From NCBI GenBank assembly GCA_964019335.1, contig OZ025722.1, positions 186,001 through 250,000 on the forward strand: DNA of 64,000 nt. Direction: 5' to 3'. Below, piece after piece: positions 10,101 through 19,140 of this stretch (the first letter of the stretch is position 1; each line of letters begins with the position of its first letter). Under the pieces are notes generated by a model that worked only from the letters and a program-made list of their open reading frames with translations, had not been told where the DNA came from and made no database searches. The position numbers were made by a program, and so were the translations under genes. This DNA is from Diplonema japonicum (taxonomy: Eukaryota > Protista > Euglenozoa: Diplonemea).

Positions 10101-12277
10101 AGCCACCACCTCCTGATGTTACGCTGCCGGTCCGTCTTGTCGTTACGCAACAACCTGTTTCGCGAACGGATGGAAGTATCGTGCCTGCAAGCTTCGAGCT
10201 TCTCGATGGCGGTAACTTAGCAGCACCGTCTAGCGGTGTGTGGGTTTTCAGCCTGGTGGAGCTCGTGGACAATTCGATAAAAGGTGTAAAACACACCGAG
10301 GTGCGATCGCTTGTTGACACGGCATCCGCTACGTTTTCAGACTTGAAAAAAGGTGGTGTCGGTACGTACATTGTGTCAACCAACATGACGGTGAACAACG
10401 GGCCAGTACTATCTGCGATCACTGAGAAGTTCACGGTGGAAGGCGATGTCGGGAAGGTGTCTACGAAACTAGGAAACAACGCCGATTTCCTGACCGAAAT
10501 GGAAGTCCGTCGAGGCGGGACCACGATAACTCTGAACATCGACCCGAAGGGCACCGGGGAATGGACGGCCTCCGTTGTGGAGAACGCCGTAGTGACGGAT
10601 TCTAATGGAAACCCGTTGCTGTCAACAGCGACCCTCCCGTCGGCGAAGCAAGCGAACATCGTTATCGACCCGAACCAGAAATTCTCAGTGGACAGGGACA
10701 CCACATTGACACTAAAGATCCCTCGCAACGCGTATTACACACCGTCTCCTGAAATGGTGTTCACATTTCCCGTTAAAGCCTCGCCAACTGTAAAGCTAAC
10801 CATCAACTCTACAGACGAAAACACAGTCCGGACAACAGGCATCGAAGTCGATCTTGAAATATACGGCGGTACGTTAAAACCAGACGCAGCTGAGAAAATC
10901 TGGAAAACCGGCGTCACGCCCACCAAGAACGGAGCATTGGAAACAATGTACTCGAAAATAACATCAACCTACAAGAAAACCGACAGGGCTGTGACGCTGC
11001 GGATCGGCCCCAGCACGGAGTACAACACGAACAAGGCCGACGGGTTCACCGTCGCCTTGCAAGACATAGCCGGCAACATCGTTGGGAGCAACGGGGCCGA
11101 TATCGAATGGGATTCTGGTCAAACAGGCATTGTGACTATCTACCCATCTGTGGACCCACCCCCTCCACCCAAACCTACATGGGAAACGGGCTGGGACGTC
11201 ATCGCATGGATATCAGAGATCATGGCTTGGGCAACTACCATTCTCAGCGGGATCAGCATGTTGACGACAATGTCGCTCCCACCTGGAGTTGCCGTCACTT
11301 ACATTTTAGTGATGGTGTTTCCGACCACGATCCAACCGGGGATGGAGGTCCGGCGTCAGACGCAAACCTTGTGGAAACCGTTTCGGTTCGACAAGATAGG
11401 CGGCAACGAACAGATCGGAGCCGTCGTGCTTCTTCTCACCGCGAACATCGTCGCGGGACTGTTTCTTTTCGGCGCTTCACAGAAGCGTTTCTTAAAACTA
11501 AAACCGCTTTCTTCGATCACAGCGCTTTCTGTACTAATCATGCCGACACTTGTGTACAATGCAATGTCGGTTGTAGTGTACAGTGGGGAAGGGTTTGACC
11601 AGGACAAGGCCGGGACAGGCTCGAGACTTGGGATTGGCGCTGTCGCGTCGATCTGGGTTGCGGGTGTGTTGTTCACAGCCCTTCGAAACGAGTTAGCAAC
11701 AACATTCGTAATGTACAAAGCGGAGGGGGAAACAAGGGGTAAATGGGTGAACATCGCAACCATTGCAAGCCTCAGCCTTTTAACACCCGTTGCTGACCCG
11801 CTGTACGGAGACAAGATCAGCGGGAGAATGGCCATGTTCCTGTGTTTGGCAGTTCTCGGAGTCCGTATTGCAGTCACATCAACAGAGAAGATTTATGTAA
11901 GTTCTGTATTAAGTTTGCTCGATACCGCAGCTACTGGGTTTTCGGCTGCGGGTGTGTTGTGTTTACTTGCTTTTTCTGCTATTGAAGGCCGCTTAGGAGA
12001 TGCAGGTGATTCCCACTGGGTAACGTACATGGCAGCAGTCTTTTTCATCCTCAGTCTCGTGTTTTTCTGTGTTTTTCTCGTCCTAACAATCAAGATGGCT
12101 CTCTTCCCCCCGGCCCCGCCTGTTGCTGTAGTTCAGCCGCCTCTTCCCATCGAGCGGAACCCTATCAAGGAAACCTTTCCTCAACAGGAATACCATACCC
12201 CGGAAGAGTCCGAGGCCCCCTCTTCACTGCTGGAGGTGCCTTCTTCTTCTGGTGTCAGCGTTGATGTGAGAGATTAA
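7181..12277 (+). CDS. Large surface protein: signal peptide, tandem bacterial-type cadherin/Ig-like repeats, multi-pass TM C-terminus (1698 aa)
   Basis: Hydrophobic N-terminus; six (V/L)ND(P/A/C)P motifs with DxGG motifs at ~120-165 aa spacing; about 8-9 hydrophobic segments in the last ~370 aa. Confidence 0.8.
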   Translation: MPLRHAVFLLLLSSLAEGSHWYTSPATGGLVKPPNYTPFVQMPGVWTGMLNHNPTFKRGTVVTCGNNDVVVREDIDGLENNGCIYLQGWAVDIADDENSDANNRLRFKMEVQNGLGSFAGIFAQRPCIDIEGPFGTCCPNPCGACGPGNLHARIRPHHFGQVVTKVTLMDEGQCDNRDDLVNACVPERCCESHPLEFHVTVIPVNDCPRYRFRGVDIPEDGVINSTSWLDPTNGRDPGDGGLILTYEDVEVCLPMLVEVAYGGWHEGPGETGSNTEPWHDQVLVWSVANDDTSVFKTQPHVRYVEGEDYALLCFLPGKDVTGEVNLTIHLEDTGGQVSDTIGGGTAPCTTSGTVGCYLRTPDESIKIVIREVNDPPTFAAGPSVVSAYEDSGPYKKIWARDMAVGPTDEIANGQILSHFEVDLLNENHKALFVTPPKMGLDGVLEFETRRNVHTYGFEVLCAVRLMDYPPPRLGLTPMYSVKPDKVFRIIIEPVNDPPYYEQLDPVSLVYWEDVGNVERQWAKPDLLCAGWDPIGRQCIANEGTGTWVVGNETYPGEGQEVSFTTVARDATLFDGGPNIDINGTLFFNSAADQYGETDITVLAVDNGGQQGDNKGPITYFDITFNPVNDPPAFDTETQHITVDEDSGTYSNARFLHNIVSGPSNEAKQTVTIVTSVANQILFDDVPSLTLDASGTAAELRFTPAPNAFGNASLSFYLQDDGGTEINGDDRADSRTIRIEIRPLNDPPAVTLGPHVIVQEDLSLGGYIQPNWVLKASPGLLEESTQHLVYNVSCDPAHVFATQPEISTTGTLSFVPKKDMHGSVLCTVVASDVLTGTGEVLSSTKPDYFQIGLQRVNDAPFFIPGGPVTVGECLTASQGCDHIIPGWARNITAGPSNENYQKLSFTVESNTRDVSRLFAEWPTIGIPSGTISFKLNPNEFAQPSFLMKVILKDDGGGTDDTYEAALVLEVTPSPKPPPPDVTLPVRLVVTQQPVSRTDGSIVPASFELLDGGNLAAPSSGVWVFSLVELVDNSIKGVKHTEVRSLVDTASATFSDLKKGGVGTYIVSTNMTVNNGPVLSAITEKFTVEGDVGKVSTKLGNNADFLTEMEVRRGGTTITLNIDPKGTGEWTASVVENAVVTDSNGNPLLSTATLPSAKQANIVIDPNQKFSVDRDTTLTLKIPRNAYYTPSPEMVFTFPVKASPTVKLTINSTDENTVRTTGIEVDLEIYGGTLKPDAAEKIWKTGVTPTKNGALETMYSKITSTYKKTDRAVTLRIGPSTEYNTNKADGFTVALQDIAGNIVGSNGADIEWDSGQTGIVTIYPSVDPPPPPKPTWETGWDVIAWISEIMAWATTILSGISMLTTMSLPPGVAVTYILVMVFPTTIQPGMEVRRQTQTLWKPFRFDKIGGNEQIGAVVLLLTANIVAGLFLFGASQKRFLKLKPLSSITALSVLIMPTLVYNAMSVVVYSGEGFDQDKAGTGSRLGIGAVASIWVAGVLFTALRNELATTFVMYKAEGETRGKWVNIATIASLSLLTPVADPLYGDKISGRMAMFLCLAVLGVRIAVTSTEKIYVSSVLSLLDTAATGFSAAGVLCLLAFSAIEGRLGDAGDSHWVTYMAAVFFILSLVFFCVFLVLTIKMALFPPAPPVAVVQPPLPIERNPIKETFPQQEYHTPEESEAPSSLLEVPSSSGVSVDVRD

Positions 12278-12488
12278 ATGGAAAAAAAAAAAAAAAAAAA
12301 AAAAAAGGAGGAGAAAAAAAAAAGAAAGAAGAAAAAAAAAAAGCCCTCTTTTTTTTTATTGTTGTAGTTTTGTTAAGTTGAGTACAGTCTCTTTTTTTTT
12401 TTGTTTTTTTTTTTTTTTGTTTTTTTTTTAAATTTTTGTATGTATTTCTAATAACTCTTTTCACTACAGGAGGGGGGGGGAGAAAAAA

Positions 12489-12692
12489 ATGGCCGGGAAG
12501 GTACAAAAAGTGACCAAGAAAGCAAAGAGCTCCGAGAGCATGGTTGTCACGAAACACGGGGAGCTGCGGATGGCACGTCACGAGAGGGGTCCCAACGGTG
12601 GTCTGCACGCGGCGATCCCCATCTTGGTGCCCCCCGGAGGACTGGGGAAGAAGTGGGATAACACTGCAATGCCGGATACGTTGGACTTTTAG
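12489..12692 (+). CDS. Small hypothetical protein (67 aa)
   Basis: A-run+ATG context like neighbouring genes; homopolymer-free coding-like composition. Confidence 0.45.
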   Translation: MAGKVQKVTKKAKSSESMVVTKHGELRMARHERGPNGGLHAAIPILVPPGGLGKKWDNTAMPDTLDF

Positions 12693-12757
12693 GGTGGGAG
12701 AGGGGACGGCCGCTTGATCTCCCTGTTCTGTTTTACACGTTACACGTACGTGGGATG

Positions 12758-12789
<32 letters not shown>

Positions 12790-12987
12790 CCAGTTCTCCT
12801 TCTTAGTTGTGGTGCTTTTTCTGTTATACGTTTTTTTTCCCCCCCTTTCTTCGGAATGTTTGATATGCACTGCCTAGTCGCATTTTCATTGCCGTGGCCA
12901 TGCTAACTTGTTGCTCGTTGTCCCCACACAAAAAAAAAAAAGTCCCCACCCTCTATCCCTTATATATATTTACACTATTACACTTTA

Positions 12988-13827
12988 ATGGAAACAACTG
13001 CAACGGCAACCCTCTTGGGAATGGGAGCAGGCGCGGTAGGCGGGGTCGCCGCCGTGTCGTTGATGATGGGCGCACAGCTAGTGATGTACAGGGCAGAGAA
13101 AGGCCCCGAGTGGTACGAGGTGAAGAAAGCTTACATGGCTTCGAAGTGCGGGAAGTACGGCGGGCAGGCCTGCGCCATGGGCGCGTGCATGGGATCGCTA
13201 GCAGCCGACACAGAATCAGTGGCGCTGGGCATGCACCCTGCCGCAGTGATGCCTTCGGCAATGGCGGCAGGATGTTTATGCATGACAGGATGCCACGGTG
13301 CAAGAATACTCATGAAAAGATGCAAAAAAAGAGCGGGCAAAGAGGAAAAAGAACCAGAATCGCCTGTGGCAATCCCGGAAACAGAGGACAAGGACGAGTT
13401 CGTCGACAACAGGGAGGAAGAACCGTTCATCACGCCGAGGAAAGAAGAAGTTAGTGTCAACCCGTTGGCCTCGCTGAACCCTCCCAACGCCCAAAGGAAG
13501 TCTCGCGAGGTGAAGACAGCAGGCAGCGCATCAGGCAGGGGTGCACTTTCCTCCGAGGACGAAGTCTGGTACCAAACAGAACTCCGAAGAAGGAGAATCA
13601 ACGCGGAACTGCTGCGAACAGGCAACCTCCCTCAGTACAATCTGCGCGACACCGAACCCCCTTCCTCTCCCTCAAAGAAGAAAAAACCCGCCCGCAAAAC
13701 ACGCTCTGCAAACAGCCACCCGACAGCACCTGTGTCCGACCACAGCGACGACGACTCGATGACACATCTAACATGGGTCACCGCCGGGACAGGCACGTCA
13801 CTTGGAATAGGCAGCGGGGCATGGTGA
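12988..13827 (+). CDS. Hypothetical protein with hydrophobic Met/Ala/Gly-rich N-terminus and disordered C-terminus (279 aa)
   Basis: Long ORF, coding-like composition; no recognised domain. Confidence 0.65.
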   Translation: METTATATLLGMGAGAVGGVAAVSLMMGAQLVMYRAEKGPEWYEVKKAYMASKCGKYGGQACAMGACMGSLAADTESVALGMHPAAVMPSAMAAGCLCMTGCHGARILMKRCKKRAGKEEKEPESPVAIPETEDKDEFVDNREEEPFITPRKEEVSVNPLASLNPPNAQRKSREVKTAGSASGRGALSSEDEVWYQTELRRRRINAELLRTGNLPQYNLRDTEPPSSPSKKKKPARKTRSANSHPTAPVSDHSDDDSMTHLTWVTAGTGTSLGIGSGAW

Positions 13828-13904
13828 GATATCTTGTGGTTTCCCCCCCTCTTTCTTTACTCCCTTTTAAATCCCTGCAGGAAAAATTTTTTGAGGGGGG
13901 GGAA

Positions 13905-16655
13905 ATGTCCTTACAACGCGAGCTGCTCGAATCTCTATCCAGCCATGCAGCGTCAGCAGCGGTCATCACAGAGGACAACAATTTTACGTACGAAACACTT
14001 CAAAGATCTATCAGTGAGGTCACCATGCGCGTGCAAGGGGAGTGTTGCGTGGGTATCTGTGTCGATGAGGGGTACGAACTGGTTGTGGGGATGGTTGGGT
14101 GCTGGTTAAATGGTGTTCCGTTCGTCTGCCTTGACCGGCGGTGGCCGCGAAACAGACGGGAAAAGGTCGCAGCGGCTTGCGGGGTGACGGTGTTGCTTCT
14201 GGACAACAACGAGTGGGAACCGTTCCCGGTGGTGGGAACAGAGCGTGTTACAACCAATGCGTCGTACTTCACGTCCACGTCGGGCACCACAGGCGAGCCG
14301 AAAATCGTGTGCACCAGCAGCCAATGTCTCTACGAATCAGCTCGAGGAAAGATTTCTGAAGAAAATATCTCAAATGACAGTGTCGTGTTGCTTGCTTCGC
14401 ACTTCACGTTCGACCCCTGTCAGGTGGACGTCGCCGCTACCATAATGCAGGGCGGTGCCATCTACGCCCCGCGCCGTGCGTCTGTAACATCATGGAGGTT
14501 CAAGGAATTGCTGCAGTCTGTCACGCATGTCTGCTGCACGCCAACACATTGGAAGCTTGTAGGTGTGGAAACGACGCCGCGGGATTTCCCAAACCTGCAG
14601 TGCGTCACGCTGGGCGGCGAGCCATTTCCCCGCATCCTTCAAACCTCCCCATGGTGCTCATCCCACATCGTGTTCCGTAACACATACGGCCTTACAGAGG
14701 GAACCGGGTACCAAACCTCCCACATCATCACCTCTGCCATGTCCTATGCGCCCATCGGGGCAGGGTTCGGGTCATACACCGTTAGGTTAGACGGCGGCGA
14801 GATTGTCATTGAAGGACCTGGGCTTTCGCGGTACTTGGATGAGTCTTCATTCTCTGTATTACGCACTGGAGATCTCGGAGAAGAGACCCCAGAAGGGCTT
14901 GTAGTTACCGGCCGCAAAGACGGAAGGGTGAAGGTCAACGGGCAGCGCGTCAGTCTTGAGGACGTGGAGGCTGTCGTACTGTCGTCCCGGTTCATCTCCG
15001 GTGCCGTGGGCAGCTTGACACACGGGCAGATTGGGATCTGGGCCACGCCTGTGAAGAATCTTAATTTAACGCACGATCTTGTTGCCACAGCAGTGGAGGC
15101 GTTCTGCCAAACAGTGCTGCCACCGTACGCCGTGCCTCGCATGGTTGGGGTGGGGGAGCAGGTAACAGGTGACGGGAAGGTCGATCGCGCACATCATGCC
15201 GCTCTCGTCAGAGCACAGCACGAAGACAGAGTCCAGTCACGCAGCATCATACCCCCAGTGACCCCGCTGGACGTCTTGACACTGGAGGCAGTTTCCTTTG
15301 CCGTCTCTGTCCCTGTTGAGAGGCTTGGCATGGGGCACAATTTCCTCCATTTCGGTGGCGATTCCCTCTCTGCGCTTCGAGTTGTGAACTCCATCCGGAA
15401 ATTGACAACCTTATCCAACCCACAGAACTACCCACCTGTCACTGCCTTCGAAGGTGTCGCCAGCATGCTCGTCCTCACGGAGCAGCCTGAAGAGTCTGTC
15501 TGCGAGCTTGCTGACGTGATGGGTCCCTACGCACCATGCGAACTGCTAGCGAGACCAGTGCTTTCTGAGTACGTTGCTTACCTACAAATAAGCGGTGTTG
15601 TGCCGAAGTCTCCTACCGAGACACACTGCGGCGGCCCTGTTCGGAGAACCCCTCCTTGTGACAGAGATTTGCTGATGCTGCAGTGTGCCAGGAAGGGTGT
15701 TACCCGAGTGATAGAGGCCTTTGGTGATGAGTGCGAAACTGTGGAGGGTGGGGAGTGGGGGCTGTTACATGAAGCGGTTGCACACGGTCAGAACAGGGCG
15801 TCGAAGCTGTTAGCTAAAGGGAAACCGGCGTGTTATCTGAGCACTGCGTGCCATGTCGCGGCGGCAAGGGGCAACGCGGACCTGCTGCTGTTCCTCATCG
15901 AGAGCGGGGCGGACGCCAATGCCGTCGACTCAGACGGGCAGAGCATTGTGCACCTAGCTGCGAGATCGGGGGACGCAAACACCCTGCGCACGGCCATAAG
16001 CCACGCGGGGCATCACACCACAACCCCAGACGCAGAAGGAGTGACACCTCTGCAATGGGCCGTCAGAAACAACCACCAAGACCTACAGACCATCCTCGAC
16101 ACCTCTACACGGGAAGCAGACGAAGAAGAATCATTTGGAAGAGTTAAGCGAAAAGGCCCCCGAAGCGAGCACTCTGTGGCGAACAGGAAGGTGAAGAAGG
16201 ACAGCGAGGTTGTTCAAAAACTGTTGGAGAAGCTGAGGGACGAGACCGACGAGAAAGAGAAACTGGAGACTGTCACAGTGATACGGAGCATGTGCTGTGC
16301 GGTGAAGTCGCACAGATTGGCTTTCGTGGAGATGGGGCTTGTCGAGGTGCTGAATGGGATGCTGCTACCGCCTGGAAAACTGTCGGCGCAGGCTGCAGGC
16401 ACCCTCAGGAACCTGTCATCGGACATGTCAACACGGCGCAGAATGCTTGCAACAGGCAGCATCCCTCCTCTTGTCCGGCTTTTAGATCTTGGCCCTTCAT
16501 CTGAGTCGTGTTGGCGGGCTGCAGCAGCGCTCGGCGGCATCTCTGCATCGCGCGAGACATGGCCCCTACTTCTCTCGACAGGTGCTGCGAGACGTATAAC
16601 CGACATGGGAGGCCGCAAGCTAGGCCTACCAGAAGCGTTGGTGGAGCAGCTTTGA
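13905..16655 (+). CDS. NRPS-like protein: adenylation + carrier (T) domain + ankyrin repeats + armadillo repeats (~916 aa)
   Basis: A-domain motifs TSGTTGEPK, FTFDP, NTYGLTE, RTGD, GRKDGRVKVNGQRV, GKVDR; Ppant site FLHFGGDSL; ANK (HVAAARGN..LLFLIESGADANAVDSDGQSIVHLAA, GVTPLQWAV); ARM (AAGTLRNLS, GSIPPLVRLL). Confidence 0.88.
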   Translation: MSLQRELLESLSSHAASAAVITEDNNFTYETLQRSISEVTMRVQGECCVGICVDEGYELVVGMVGCWLNGVPFVCLDRRWPRNRREKVAAACGVTVLLLDNNEWEPFPVVGTERVTTNASYFTSTSGTTGEPKIVCTSSQCLYESARGKISEENISNDSVVLLASHFTFDPCQVDVAATIMQGGAIYAPRRASVTSWRFKELLQSVTHVCCTPTHWKLVGVETTPRDFPNLQCVTLGGEPFPRILQTSPWCSSHIVFRNTYGLTEGTGYQTSHIITSAMSYAPIGAGFGSYTVRLDGGEIVIEGPGLSRYLDESSFSVLRTGDLGEETPEGLVVTGRKDGRVKVNGQRVSLEDVEAVVLSSRFISGAVGSLTHGQIGIWATPVKNLNLTHDLVATAVEAFCQTVLPPYAVPRMVGVGEQVTGDGKVDRAHHAALVRAQHEDRVQSRSIIPPVTPLDVLTLEAVSFAVSVPVERLGMGHNFLHFGGDSLSALRVVNSIRKLTTLSNPQNYPPVTAFEGVASMLVLTEQPEESVCELADVMGPYAPCELLARPVLSEYVAYLQISGVVPKSPTETHCGGPVRRTPPCDRDLLMLQCARKGVTRVIEAFGDECETVEGGEWGLLHEAVAHGQNRASKLLAKGKPACYLSTACHVAAARGNADLLLFLIESGADANAVDSDGQSIVHLAARSGDANTLRTAISHAGHHTTTPDAEGVTPLQWAVRNNHQDLQTILDTSTREADEEESFGRVKRKGPRSEHSVANRKVKKDSEVVQKLLEKLRDETDEKEKLETVTVIRSMCCAVKSHRLAFVEMGLVEVLNGMLLPPGKLSAQAAGTLRNLSSDMSTRRRMLATGSIPPLVRLLDLGPSSESCWRAAAALGGISASRETWPLLLSTGAARRITDMGGRKLGLPEALVEQL

Positions 16656-16692
16656 CTTGAGAATATGGTCACTTCCGTGCATCACGTGAAAA

Positions 16693-16725
<33 letters not shown>

Positions 16726-16809
16726 TGTGATGCGGAGAAAAAAAAAACTTTTTTTTTTCTTCTCACTTTTTCGAACTGCCCCCAAAAAAAACCTCAGAAA
16801 GAAAGAAAA

Positions 16810-17481
16810 ATGTTGTTGCGCTTGGGCGCACAGGATGCTGCCTGTGAGGCGGTCCTTATGCTTAACGGGTTTGGTGTGTGTGGGCATGTGACACGTGCAT
16901 GGAACAATGCAAGCTTAAGGATGTGTGCGGATGGCGGGATAGACAAGGTAGCAGCAGCGGGGCTGCGGGACCCCACCCACGTTGTGGGCGACATGGACTC
17001 GATAACAGACCGAAAGAAGGGAATTACATATATAAAACAGGACTGTCAAAACACAACGGATTTCATGAAGTGCCTTACCGTCCTAGACGGCATGGGGTAC
17101 AAAGGGAGGCTTCCTGTTGGCTTCGCCCTCGGTGGAAGGCTGGACCACCTTTTCACAAACACGCGGACTCTTACCTATATTCCTTCTATCCTGCCTGTTC
17201 TCTTTGGGTCTGTGTCCTTAATCACACCCCTCACCCCTGGCACTACAACTGTATACCCTACAGAGCTGCTCACTACAAAGGGTGTGGGTCTGCTTCCGTT
17301 GGCTGACTCTCCAGTTGTTACCACGAAAGGCCTGCGTTGGGACCTTACAGACGCCACGCTTGGGTTCGGTCCCTCGCAAAGCTGGACGTCTTCCAACCAC
17401 TTTGCCGATAAAGCTTGTCCAATTGAGATCACAACGAGCAAACCTGTTGCCTTCACGTGTGAAATATACAACGAAAAGTGA
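16810..17481 (+). CDS. TPK1: Thiamine pyrophosphokinase
   Basis: ADGG, VVGDMDSI, QNTTDFMKCL, LGGRLDH, VGLLPL, TTKGLRWDL, SSN motifs; start codon uncertain. Confidence 0.9.
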   Translation: MLLRLGAQDAACEAVLMLNGFGVCGHVTRAWNNASLRMCADGGIDKVAAAGLRDPTHVVGDMDSITDRKKGITYIKQDCQNTTDFMKCLTVLDGMGYKGRLPVGFALGGRLDHLFTNTRTLTYIPSILPVLFGSVSLITPLTPGTTTVYPTELLTTKGVGLLPLADSPVVTTKGLRWDLTDATLGFGPSQSWTSSNHFADKACPIEITTSKPVAFTCEIYNEK

Positions 17482-17549
17482 AAGATTTTGAAGAAAAGAA
17501 AAATATCCGCTCGTATTTACACGGGGTTTATATTAGTTACTTTCTTTGT

Positions 17550-17612
17550 TAGATAAGTAGAGACAAGGGGGACGTTCCAAGACAGGAACCTCCTTTATCT
17601 CATCTCTTGTTC
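17550..17612 (+). repeat. ~65-nt hairpin-forming dispersed repeat; inverted copy at 53352-53420
   Basis: TAGATAAGTAGAGACAAGGGGGACGTTCCAAGACAGGAACCTCCTTTATCTCATCTCTT closely matches the reverse complement of 53352-53420. Confidence 0.75.
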
Positions 17613-17711
17613 TTTTTTCTGAGCCTTTTTGTCTGTGGGCACAAAAAAAAAAAAAAAAAAAAAAAATCAGGGGAAAGCAAATAAAAACAAAACAAAACAA
17701 AAACAAAAAAA

Positions 17712-17930
17712 ATGCGGCCAGCAACGTTGGCAGCAGCAACCCCCTTGGCCCAGCAGGGTACACCCACCGCCACCAACACAACCACCGTGACAAAAAAGAA
17801 AAAAAGACACCACAACCTGGGAACAATGGCGAAGCTGAGCTTGGGCGAGAACATAGGCTCCCTCGGTGCTGACAGCTCCTTTGATAAAATAGCTGGTGGA
17901 GGGACCAACTCGGGTATAGACTTCATGTGA
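17712..17930 (+). CDS. Small hypothetical protein (72 aa)
   Basis: A-run+ATG context, coding-like island between homopolymer tracts. Confidence 0.4.
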   Translation: MRPATLAAATPLAQQGTPTATNTTTVTKKKKRHHNLGTMAKLSLGENIGSLGADSSFDKIAGGGTNSGIDFM

Positions 17931-18060
17931 AGGGGGGGGGGGTTTTTTATTTACAACAAAAATTTCTTCTTTCTTACACGTGATCCAAGGTAGTATTCTT
18001 TTGTCCCCCCCTGCCACCACAACTTATTCCAAAAAGGTTACTTTATTTTTTTTGTTTCCA

Positions 18061-19140
18061 ATGGAAAAGAAGAGAGTGAGAGCATCGCTGTCGGTAAAAT
18101 CCGCTGTCTCCACCGGCTTAAAAGAAGAGGTGCTTCAAAGAATATTCAAACAATGTCTAAACGAGCCCGATGACATTACCACGGAGTTGGAAAAGGACAG
18201 GAGAACCCTAGAACAAAGAGAAACCATTTTAAAAGACCGCCTGAAGGGCTTGGACAAAGCAGTCGAGAAGGAAGAAGCAAAACTGCTAGAAATTGAAAAA
18301 CGCGGGACCGACAAGGTCCGAAAAGGTTTTGAAAAGCTCGCCGCCGCGCTACAAAAACAAAGCAAGGCAGCAACCATGAGGACATACCTCGCAAAATGGA
18401 AATCAAAAAAATCAACAAAGACAACATTCCCTCCTTTGACTACACACATAACCATCAACATTAATGACAATTACCCATCAACACCCACCCCTACTTTTTC
18501 TTCCCACCAGCAACGTTCACCTCATGCTGTCCTAGCCATCATGGTCGACCTTTCTACCGGGATCTGCTCTGGTACCTGTCTCCACAGATCACCTACACCA
18601 GTACAATATATGGAATACACAAAAGGACCCGATACCTGCCTTCCATTCTTCCTCTCTTTGTGGGGCTTGGAGTATTTCACAACAAACGTGTGCGTTTTAG
18701 TAAACATGGAGGATCGTGACAGTCCAAGATTTGCCGATGTGATCGGTTCTATAGGGGGGAACGGGTGTGTTGTGTTTACACCGGGTGAGCTGATGGCAAA
18801 GATTCATGGTTGTTACAACTGTGTTGTGTTGAGTTGTAGTCAGTCTGTGTTGACAGGGAGTTTGGGTGAATCTGTCGTAATGTATCCACACCCGTATGAG
18901 GGGTTGGAGGATGCCGTTTTGACTGTTCTTGACCATGTGCAGTTTGCGGTGTTTGGTGTGAGGCACGCGGAGGAGTTTCTTTGTTTCGGGTTGCCGCCGC
19001 ATTTCCTCTCCCGGCTTCTTCCCTTTCCCCCGATCGCGTACCCGACACCCCGTTCGCTTCTCACTGCAGCGGTGCACTTTCTGCATGAAACCGACTTTTG
19101 GTCTGTTGAGTCGTCTCAGAGGGACACCATTTGTTTTTGA
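18061..19140 (+). CDS. Hypothetical protein with N-terminal coiled coil (~359 aa)
   Basis: Long ORF; E/K/L-rich heptads in the N-terminal part. Confidence 0.65.
   Translation: MEKKRVRASLSVKSAVSTGLKEEVLQRIFKQCLNEPDDITTELEKDRRTLEQRETILKDRLKGLDKAVEKEEAKLLEIEKRGTDKVRKGFEKLAAALQKQSKAATMRTYLAKWKSKKSTKTTFPPLTTHITININDNYPSTPTPTFSSHQQRSPHAVLAIMVDLSTGICSGTCLHRSPTPVQYMEYTKGPDTCLPFFLSLWGLEYFTTNVCVLVNMEDRDSPRFADVIGSIGGNGCVVFTPGELMAKIHGCYNCVVLSCSQSVLTGSLGESVVMYPHPYEGLEDAVLTVLDHVQFAVFGVRHAEEFLCFGLPPHFLSRLLPFPPIAYPTPRSLLTAAVHFLHETDFWSVESSQRDTICF

Noticed and set aside
13823-13880. Possible GT-AG intron fusing ORF 12988 to the NRPS-like gene
   Set aside because: Splicing puts the downstream sequence in the wrong frame; better read as a stop codon followed by a trans-splice-type acceptor
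5825-17481. Oxidoreductase + NRPS-like + TPK1 as a biosynthetic gene cluster
   Set aside because: Interspersed with unrelated genes; adjacency in a unidirectional gene array is not evidence of a shared pathway
18421-18510. Low-complexity stretch ending in a pyrimidine tract+CAG inside ORF 18061 as an intron
   Set aside because: No GT donor and the frame is open; cannot be supported without RNA data
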